A DNA stretch of 64,000 nucleotides from Amphiscolops sp. MND2022 (Eukaryota). The DNA lies in assembly GCA_964187785.1 (NCBI GenBank), contig OZ076409.1, positions 72,790,001-72,854,000 of the forward strand, in the 5' to 3' direction. The notes below the pieces were generated by a model, which did not search any database, was not told the DNA's origin, and saw only the letters and a program-made list of their open reading frames with translations. A program made the position numbers and the translations under genes. Positions 54,214 to 64,000 of the stretch are shown here, piece after piece; position 1 is the first letter of the stretch, and each line of letters begins with the position of its first letter.

Positions 54214-55601
54214 GTGGTTGGGGCGGTCCCCAGAACGCACAAGGAGGCGCGGGGAGGGTCCTGCGCCGACGTAGAATAATTTCATATAATACTAGTATCC
54301 TACATGGGTGTTTTAGAAGCGATTTTGGAATCTAACCGTAGGATTTGGATAATTTTTTGCATGCGGCCATAACTCGAAATTCTAAGAACTTTTTCCTACT
54401 GTCATTTTCCCCGCAAAATGTTTTTTGTTGACTTATGGCCGAAAAACCGGAAATAACGTCCTTTTTAGACGTTATATCCGAAGTGTCGTCATAACTTTTT
54501 TCCAGGGCATGCTAGCGTTCTCGTTCACTTTTACACTTAGTTGCAGCATCTCAAAATACAACTGGTGGAAAATTTTGATTGCATTCGGATCACCCCCCAC
54601 CGAGATAGAAGGGTTCCCCCCTCCAGTTTTACCCCCCAAATTTGCGAAAAAGCCAATTTTGAGCATGAAGCCGAGGATTTAGCGTACCCGCACCCTCCTG
54701 GTGTTTTGTTGTACGTATTGGGGTCAATCGGACGACATGTGTGGTTTTCACCCCCAACCCCCCCTGGGACCGGAAATGACAATTTTTTGTGTTTTTTGGC
54801 AGAAATTAGCCTTTTTCATTAGTTGGCAGTCGTTTTAGGGACTCCTAGCAGGATATCGAAATTGAAATACAACCTGATCACAACCCAGTGACAACATGTT
54901 GGCCATTTGGAGGTACCATCATGACCGGAAGTGGGGTCAACCCCCCTTTTTGTGACCGCTTTTTGACCTTGTGAACCAAAATGCCAACAACTTGAGGCCT
55001 AATGACGCATTCAAATCTGTAAAAAGATAGAATGTTAGACAACCAAAGTCCCGGAAGATCTTTAGCATATACCGGCAGTTACCCCCCATGACCGGAAGTT
55101 ACCCAATGTGACCGGAAATGGTCCAAAACTTAATGTAAAGTTGAATTTTTCACTATTTCAAGACCACTTGATTGAACATTTTCATTCCCAAAACTAGCGT
55201 ACTGGCTTGTTTTGCTGAATTTATGGAAATTGATGAGCTCTATCACCCCCGATTGCCTTCGAAGTTGACCTTGCGTCAACTTTGGAGGCTATCGATACTG
55301 AAAATGAACAACAAAGTACATTGTTGCTCTCGGTTTTTTCCCGTTGTTTTTCCTCAAACATTCTTGAGACATATACATGGCCGTTAGTTGAAATCAATAT
55401 TTAGCCCATGTTATAGCTGGAGCAGCGAAGCGTTACACAGACTAGTGTGGTTTTGAAATTACATTATTTAAATTAACAACTGACCGTCTTAGTCAACTCC
55501 ACACATTCATACCAACGCCCACCGTCTGTGGGCATGCCGAGGCATGCCCTTCGACGACGTATGACGAATCCACTCCAACGACACCCGCAGTCCTCAGCTA
55601 G
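54214..55601 (+). repeat. Cassette type L4 (1388 bp): L2-like CCGGAAG module plus type B hairpin
   Basis: Shares TCACCCCCCAC(C/T)GAGATAGA, GCATGAAGC and ACCGG(A/C)AGT(A/T)ACCCCCC motifs with L2 (48367-48900). The hairpin at 55251 is of the L1/L3 type. Confidence 0.85.
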
Positions 55602-58600
55602 GTGCCGGGATTACTATTCGATAAGGAATTTTGCGCGGTTGGGTAGGGCCCCGTGAGCGCGCCAGGGGATAGTGTTAGAACAACAAGGATTTGGGCATCA
55701 GTTGGGAGCGATTTTCTAAACTATCCGTACGATTTTGCTGAAATTTGGCATGAAGCTTCCTTGGAACATTCTAAGAACAAATCCCTACTGGCGTTTTGCT
55801 GGGAAAAATCAAAAAGTTGGTCAAAAATGCGATTTTCCGACAAAATTTTGGGGTAAAATTTTTTTGAAACGTTATATCTCGCCACAGGGTCACGCTAGCG
55901 CCTCGCAACCTATGATCGTGTTTTGTTGGGCGTTGTCTGTAGAACACGTATGCCAAATTTGGTGGCGATCGGACTTAAACTCAGGGAGATATAGCGATTT
56001 TTTAGGTGCATTTTTTGACATTTTTTGCATTTGCCGATTTATCTCTGCCGTTTTTGCCCAAATTTTTTTTGAGACACTCTCCTAAAGACCTCCCCTGGCC
56101 GGTTTACCTCCCAGCAGAACCATTTGGCCCTAAATACGGAGTTTCAGCGTTCTAGCATTCCTGGGCGAAAAGTTGTGGGACTTAGAAAAATTTTTTTGAA
56201 ACGCAAAATGTGTAAAGTCAACTTCAGGCCTCCCAAAGTCAAAGAACATTCACACAACTAGGATTGCAAGTGGGTGCATGTGGAAAGTACTCGGATAGAC
56301 GAGAAAAATGAGCTATAGAACGACTCTGTAGCTTAACCTGACGTTGACTTATGACAATTTTAGTGTGAGCTTGCTATTTGGTGTAAAAATTCAAATGATG
56401 AAAATCGAAGCTAAGTCTCATCCAAAACTCATCGGAATACGTTCAATGCACCCCAAAGCGGATTAATTCGAGATGTTTAGTGCAGCAACACCATTCAAGA
56501 CCATTTGACCCATTTTTATAAGTTTTGACAACGTATTATTCATACGAGAGCACGAAACAGTTGAGTACATTCCATCTCCCTTTCGGGGGAGATGAGAATG
56601 TACTCGCTAAAGTCCAGGTACTACAGCCCAAATTTGCTTTTATGCGACGCTCTTATGCTAGTGCGCATACTTTTTAATCGTTTAACTGAATTTTCTTCTG
56701 TCTGCACTTTGACTTTGACTTGACATATAGTGAACGTTTTGTCTTACAACTTACAAATGAGTAACGTCAACGCCCCATCCTTGCATTAACGCCCACCGTC
56801 CGTGGGCATGCCGAGGCATGCCCTTCGACGACGTATGCCAAGATATATCCCAAGCGCGGTAGCCGCTAGGTGCCGGGATTTCTATTCGATAAAGTAAGTT
56901 GCGCGGTTGGGTAGGGCCCCGTGAGCGCGCCCGTGTCTGTGTTTTTTGAACCTGAATTTGCGGGTGCCAAAATAGACGATCTCCTAAACTATCCATACGA
57001 TTTTGCTCAAATTTGGCATACGGGTTCCTGAGACAGATATAAGAACTAATTCCTACTGGCGTTTTGCCCGGAAAATTTTTTTTGTTGCGCAAACTTGAAA
57101 TTTTTGACAAAAAAATGCGATTTTTTTTGAAAAATTTTTTTTGAGAGGCCATATCTTTTTTCAGGGAGCCCGGAGCGGGACGCGTTAAACTGATTATAAA
57201 CTCTACGGTTCACGGGCTGTACGGGGAACCTATTTTTGTTGGAATCCGACTTGTAGATTTTGAGATATATTATCAAATTTGGGTGTTTTTTTTCCAATTT
57301 TTCGAAAAACCTGGTTTATCTCTGCCGTTTTTTGCCCAGATTTTTTTCTAGACCCTCTCCTAAAGGCCTCCCCTGGCCGGATTACCTCCCAGCAAAACCA
57401 TTTGGCCCTAAATACGAAGTTTCAGCGTTCTAGCATTCTAGGGCGAAAAGTTGTGGGACTTAGAAAAAGTTTTTTGAAAACGCAAAATGTGTAAAGTCAA
57501 CTTCAGGCCTCCCAAAGTCAAGGAACTTCCACACAACTAGGATTGCAAGTGGATGCATGTGGAAAGTGCTTAAATAGACGAGGAAAATGAGCTATTATAA
57601 AACTCTGTAGCTTAACTTGACGTTGGCTTATGACAATTTTAGTGTGAGCTTGTTATGTGAGAAAAAATTTCAAAAATTGAAAATCGAAGCTAAGTCTCAT
57701 CCAAAACTCATCGGAACACGTTCAATCCATTCCAAAGCGGTTTACTTCCAGCTATAGACTGCAGCAACGCTATTCAAGACCATTGGACCCCTTTATATTA
57801 GTTTTGACACCGTATTATTCATCCGAGAGCACAAAGCAGTTGAGTACATTCCATCTCCCTTTCGGGGGAGATGAGAATGTACTCGCTAAAGAACAGGTAC
57901 TACAGCCCATATTTGTTTTTATGCGACACTTTTATGGTTTGTATGCTAGTGCGTACACGTATTAATCTTTTAACTTTTTTTGTCGTCTGCAGTTTGACTT
58001 TGACTTGACATAAACTGAACGTTTTGTCCTTACAACATACACATTACTAACGTCAACGCCCCATCCTTGCATCAACGCCCACCGTCCGTGGGCATGCCGA
58101 GGCATGCCCTTCGACGACGTATGCCAAAGATATTCCCAAGCGCGGTAGCCGCTAGGTGCCGGTGTCTTTTTACACAATGGGGGAAGTTGCGCGGTTGGGG
58201 AGGGTCCCTGACGCGCTTCCGTGAGATCAGGTTTTTCAACTAGTGAAATCGACAAAGAAAATTGAGATCTCGTAAACTAGCCATACGATTTGGCTGAAAT
58301 TTGGCACACGTACCCCCCTCGGCACGGTGAAGATGATTTCCTACTGACGTTTTTCCCGCTAAACATTTTTTGTTGACCAAAATAACGGTTTTTGGGGTAA
58401 AATTTTCAACTTTTTTTAAATTTCATCTTATATCTCGCCACGGGTGCACGCTAGCGCTTCCAAATCTTGCTGACGAAAGTTTGCAAACTGTCTCAGGAAT
58501 GCTGTGTGAAAATTTCAGCTCAATCGGACTCAAACTCGAGGAGATATAGCGTTTTTCCGGAGCGGGGGGGTTTCATTTTTCTAACGGTCCAGCTTATCTT

Positions 58601-61600
58601 TGCCATTTTTTCGAAAATGCACTCGCCTAAAGGCCTCCCCTGGCCGGTTTTATTCCCAGCAAAACCATTTGGCCCTAAATACGGAGTTTCAGCGTTCCAG
58701 CATTCTCGGGCGAAAAGTTGTGGGACTTAGAAAATTTCAAAAATTTTCAAAAAATTTTTTTTTCGTTATTTGGGCCCCCAAAGTGGGGGAAAAGACCCCC
58801 CAACCAGTAAATCAAGTGAATGCATGTGGAAAGGCCATGTTTAGAGGAGAAAAATGCCGTTTAGAACGTCTTTTTATCTTGGCTCAACGTTGACTTATGA
58901 CGTTTTGAAGGTGATGTTTGGAGGTGTAAAGCAAGTGAATAGTAAACGTTATGAGTATTTATCTGATCTGAAAGCCATTGAGATGCAATATGGTTTGCAC
59001 AAAACGTAATTCATTGCAGTTTGGCAATCAATCAACACCCTTTGTTGTCGTTTGACATACTTTTTTGTTGTTAAAATAAAAAATTTTGTGTATTTATTCA
59101 TTTTTTTCTCATCAAATAACTTGGAACAGTTGAGTACATTCCATCCCCCCCTTCCGGGGGAGATGAGAATGTACTCGCAAAAAGCACCGAACTACAGCCC
59201 TTACCTTCCCGAGCTACGCAGTATAAGGATTACATATTGGTTCCGATATTTTCATAGAGTTATATATTGGTAATCTGTCTGGATATGCCGAAAAATCAGC
59301 ACGTGCCTTTTAATACCAAGTTGCTCACAACGACAATTATTTTATATCAACGCCCCCATATTTATCAACGCCCCCCGTCCGTGGGCATGCCGAGGCATGC
59401 CCTTCGACGACCCGCACCAAAATATGCGTTAGCGCGGTAGCCGCTAGGTGCCGGTGTTTTTTTACACAATGGGGGAAGTTGCGCGGTTGGGGAGGGTCCC
59501 TGACGCGCTTCCGTGGTATCGGGTCTTTCAACCGATGAAAACGACATAAAAAATTGGGATCTCGAAAACTAGCCATACGATTTGGCTGAAATTTGGCACA
59601 CGTACCCCCCTCGGCACGGTGAAGATGATTCCCTACTGACGTTTTTCCCGCTAAACATTTTTTGTTGACCAAAATAACGGTTTTTGGGGTAAAATTTTCA
59701 ACTTTTTTTAAATTTCATCTTATATCTCGCCACGGGTGCACGCTAGCGCTTCCAAACCTTGCTGACGAAAGTTTGCAAACTGTCTCAGGAATGCTGTGTG
59801 AAAATTTCAGCTCAATCAGACTTAAACTCGAGGAGATATAGCGTTTTTCCGGAGCGGGGGGGTTTCATTTTTCTAACGGTCCAGCTTATCTTTGCCATTT
59901 TTTCAAAAATGCACTCGCCTAAAGGCCTCCCCTGGCCGGTTTTATTCCCAGCAAAACCATTTGGCCCTAAATACGGAGTTTCAGCGTTCCAGCATTCCCG
60001 GGCAAAAAGTTGTGGGACTTAGAAAATTTCAAAAATTTTCAAAATTTTTTTTTCCGTTATTTGGGCCCCCAAAGTGGGGGAAAAGACCCCCCAACCAGTA
60101 AAGCAAGTGAATGCATGTGCAAAGCCCTTGTTTAGAGGAGAAAAATGCCGTTTAGAACGTCTTTTTATCTTGGCTCAACGTTGACTTATGAGGTTTTGAA
60201 GGTGATGTTTGGAGGTGTAAAGCATGTGAATAGTAAACGTTATGAGTATTTATCTGATCTGAAAGCCATTGAGATGCAATATGGTTTGCTCAAAACGTAA
60301 TTCATGGCAGTTTGGCAATCAATCAACACCCTTTGTTGTCGTTTGACATACTTTTTTTGTTGTTATAATAAAAAATTTTGTGTATTTATTCATTTTTTTC
60401 TCATCAAATAACTTGAAACAGTTGAGTACATTCCATCCCCCCTTCACGGGGGAGATGAGAATGTACTCGCAGAAAGCCCCGAACTACGGCCCTTACCTTC
60501 CTGAGCTACGCAGTATAAAGATTGCATATTGGTTCCGACATTTTGATAGAGTTATATCTTGGTAATCTGTCTGGGTATGCAGAAAAACCAGCACGTGCTT
60601 TTTTATACCAAGTTGCTTACAACGACAATTATTTTATATCAACGCCCCCATATTTATCAACGCCCCCCGTCCGTGGGCATGCCGAGGCATGCCCTTCGAC
60701 GACGTATACCAAGATATGTTCGAGCGCGTTAGCCTAGGTGCCGGTGTTTTTTTACACAAAGGGGGATGTTGCGCGTGTGGGGAGGGTCCCTGACGCGCTC
60801 CCGGGATTTCGGATTTTTTAACCTTTACGTACCCATCAAAAATTTTGGGATCTCGAAAACTAGCCGTACGATTTGGCTGAAATTTGGCACACGTACCCCC
60901 CTCGGCACGGTGAAGATGATTCCCTACTGACGTTTTGCTCGCTAAACATTTTTTGTTGACCAAAATAACGGTTTTTGGGGTAAAATTTTCAACTTTTTTC
61001 AAATTTCATCTCATATCTCGCCACGGGTACACGCTAGCGCTTCCAAACCCTGCTGACGAAAGCTTGCAAACTGTCTCAGGAATGCTGTGTGAAATTTTCA
61101 GCTCAATCGGACCTAAACTCGGGGAGATATAGCGTTTTTCCGGAGCGGGGGGGTTTCATTTTTCTAACGGTCCAGCTTATCTTTGCCATTTTTTCGAAAA
61201 TGCACTCGCCTAAAGGCCTCCCCTGGCCGGTTTTATTCCCAACAAAACCATTTGGCCCTAAATACGGAGTTTCAGCGTTCCAGCATTCCCGGGCGAAAAG
61301 TTGTGGGACTTAGAAAAGTTCAAAAATTTTCAAAAAAAATTTTTTCCGTTATTTGGGCCCTCAAAGTGGGGGAAAAGACCCCCCAACCAGTAAAGCAAGT
61401 GAATGCATGTGGAAAGCCCTTGTTTAGACGAGAAAAATGCCGTTTAGAACGTCTTTTTATCTTAACTTGACATTGACTTTTGTCGTTTTGAAGGTGACCG
61501 TTAGATACGGAAAATTGATGTTTTGAGTATTTATCCCATCTGAAAGCCATTGAGATACAACATGTTTTGCTCAAAACGTGTTTCATTGCAGTTTCGCTGT

Positions 61601-64000
61601 CCATTATCACCCTTTGGTGTCTTTTCACGTAATTTTCGTTTCTATAATAACAATTTTTTTGTGTATTTATTCATTTTTTTCTCATCAAATAACTTGAAAC
61701 AGTTGAGTACATTCCATCTCCCTTCCCGGGGGAGATGAGAATGTACTCGCTAAAGGTCAGGAACTACGGTCTATATCTTCCACAACACAAAAGGGATTGC
61801 AAATGGTTTCAGTTGGTCGCAGAAAACTTCTTTTTGCCCTCTGTGACTCGACAAAATGAACGTTTCTTACTTACTTTGAAACTCAGCATACCACAACTCA
61901 TCTCTAACGTCAGCGCCCCCCTACTTGCATCAACGCCCACCGTCCGTGGGCATGCCGAGGCATGCCCTTCGACGACGTATACCAAGATATACCTGGAGCG
62001 CGGTAGCTGCTAGGTGGCCGGAAATTTTTTTTTCATCAAAATCTTTGCCATTGGGGGAGGGGCCCCGGATGGCCAGTAGTACGGGATAGCTTCCTACCAA
62101 ATCCAGGCGGAAAAAACGTGATTTCGGAAACTAGCCGTCAGAATTTGCTCAAATTTTGCATACGGCTTCCCATGACAATCCTAAGAACTAATCCCTACTG
62201 GCATTTTGCCCAAAAAACGCAAAAAGTTGGTCAAAATCTTAGTTTTTTGGTCAAAAAATGGCGTTTTTTCGAAAAAAAAATTTTTCTGAGACAATTACTC
62301 GTAACTGGTTCACCCAGCGCAAAAACGCCCAGCTGATTTATTGTTGGGCACTTCATGAGGAGTGCGTATACAAATTTTCGTCCAGATCGGAAAAAAAATG
62401 ACTAAGTATTAGCCGGAATTCGGACGCATTTTTTCGCAAATTTTTGAAAACCTAGTCTATCTCTGCCGTTTTTTGCCCAGATTTTTTTCCAGGTCCTCTC
62501 CTAAAAGCCTCCCCTGGCCGGTTTACTTCCCAGAAAAACCAATTGGCCCTAAATACGGAGTTTCAGCGTTCTAGCATTCCCGGGCGAAAAGATGTGGGAC
62601 TTAGAAAAAATTCAAAATTTTTCAAAAAATTTTTTTTCGTTTTCCGGCCCCCCAATGAAGGGGAACGACCCCCCAACGAGGATTTTTGGTGAATTCACGT
62701 GGAAAGGCCTTGTTTTGTGGAGCAAATTGCCGTTTAGAGCAACTTTTTATCTTAACTTGACGTTGACCTCTGTCGTTTTGAATTTGATATTAGTATGTGT
62801 TGAGCATGTGAAAAGTTGATGATTTCAGTTGTTCTCTCGTGTTCAAGCCATTGAGATACAAGCGGTAGTGATCAAAATGTGATTTATCGCACTTTGATGG
62901 TGCTTTTGGTGTATTTTGATTCTTTTAAATAAAAAGTTGTTCTTTATATTTTTGGTGTATTGATTCAAATGAACAAGAAACAGTTGAGTACATTTCATCT
63001 CCCCCCTTGTGGGGGAGATGAGGATGTACCCGCTAAATGACACGCACAATGGCCTAATTTTATTTTTATGCGACATTTTCTAGGCTTTTGCGCAAGCCCA
63101 CTAAAATTTAGACTGGTTTCCTTTTCTTTTACTCCAAAATTTTCCGTACTAACCACCTTACGCACCACCAGCTCAACGTAACATCTGTAACGTCAACGCC
63201 ACACACTCTCACTAACGCCCACCGTCCGTGGGCATGCCGAGGCATGCCCTTCGACGACGTATGCCAAATAGCGCCACAGGGCGCAAACATTCCCGCTAGG
63301 TGGCCGTGTCTTTTCGACGTGCTTTTGCATTGAGGAGTGGGTAGGGCCCCGCGACGACCTAGAAGAATTGGATGCTCACCGAAACGTGCAGAATTCTACG
63401 AGATCTCATAGTTTGAGCCATACGATTTTTCTGAAATTTGGCATGTGGCCTGGAATTGGTGAGTAGGTAAAACGTGTAGAAGGTAATTTTTCCCAAATTC
63501 CACTGTGAGACGAGATATGGGCAAATAACGGTCCCAAAAATGGCAAAAATGCACTTTTTTCAACTTTGTCAGCCCATATCTCGTTCCCAGGTGCCCGGAG
63601 CGGGACGCGTTAAGCTGATTATAAACTCTAGGGTGTTGAGGCTGTACGGGGAAGTCAGGCCCGTTCCGATCGGACTTGTAGTCTTGGAGAAATAACGGTA
63701 TTTTTGGGGAACCTTTTCTAACGGTCCAGCTTATCTTTGCCATTTTTTCGAAAATGTACTAGCCTAAAGGCCTCCCCCTGGCCGAATTTACTCCCAGCAA
63801 AACGATTTGGCCCTAAATACGGAGTTTCAGCGTTCCAGCATTCCCGGGCGAAAAGTTGTGGGACTTGGAAAATTTTCAAAATTTTTCAAATTTTTTTTTT
63901 CGTTTTCCGGGCCCCCAATGAAGGGGAAACGACCCCCCAACCAGTATTTTGAGTGAATTCATGTGGAAAGCCCTTGTTTTGACGAGAAAAGTACCGTTTA

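Larger units (their letters stand above)
1970..63299 (+). mobile_element. Putative non-autonomous mobile cassettes (rolling-circle/Helitron-like or site-specifically integrating), concatenated
   Basis: Every unit ends in CTAG or CTGG (CTRR is the Helitron 3' terminus) with a GC-rich palindrome 35-55 nt upstream. There are no TIRs, no poly-A and no coding capacity. The units start with GTG rather than the canonical Helitron TC, so the family assignment is inference only. Confidence 0.45.
1..64000 (+). repeat. Heterogeneous head-to-tail tandem array of 46 cassettes (mostly ~1.28 kb), open at both window edges
   Basis: Cassette starts (the G of GTG following CTRG): 1970, 3258, 4550, 5853, 7125, 8396, 9686, 10968, 12239, 13524, 14799, 16077, 17354, 19358, 20634, 21903, 23186, 24468, 25747, 27026, 28312, 30327, 31609, 32896, 34183, 35496, 36767, 38040, 39313, 40585, 41879, 43188, 44460, 45770, 47963, 50143, 51414, 54214, 55602, 56870, 58156, 59448, 60738, 62014, 63300. 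The same motif order recurs in each unit, all in one orientation. Confidence 0.97.

Noticed and set aside
1902..63249. CRISPR-like array with the palindrome block as the repeat
   Set aside because: The intervening sequences are ~1.25 kb and homologous to each other rather than unique 30-40-nt spacers, and there are no cas genes.
1970..63299. Bacterial integron cassette array (attC)
   Set aside because: There are no cassette ORFs, no GTTRRRY/RYYYAAC-bounded attC sites and no integrase. The analogy is organisational only.
1..64000. Simple homogeneous satellite, or assembly stutter
   Set aside because: Units belong to many divergent families, carry private variants and include distinct long types, which is inconsistent with artefactual repetition of a single monomer.

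Overview
The whole 64 kb is non-coding. It is one head-to-tail, same-orientation array of 46 related but highly heterogeneous cassettes (44 complete, 2 cut by the window edges). No credible protein-coding, rRNA or tRNA gene is visible; the ORF track only reflects repeated short chance frames. All 45 cassette boundaries fall on a 7-nt core, CTRG|GTG (41 CTAG, 4 CTGG), and unrelated left and right flanks are joined in many combinations exactly at this core. 38 cassettes are 1268-1313 bp despite strong sequence divergence. Six complete long variants are 1388-2800 bp, plus one truncated long variant at the window start. Typical cassette layout: junction; two short sequence-variable but pairing-conserved hairpins; a CGATTTGGCTGAAATTTGGCAC-like box with an inverted partner about 200 bp downstream; a conserved ~150-bp core; one ~44-nt hairpin of either of two unrelated sequence types; tandem TCAACGCCC motifs; the palindrome GGGCATGCCGAGGCATGCCC (19/20 match to the p53-family response element); next junction. 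Best inference: a probably eukaryotic (animal-like) array of non-autonomous, site-specifically concatenated and shuffled cassettes, rather than an ordinary satellite. The enzyme, host organism and function cannot be determined from this window.
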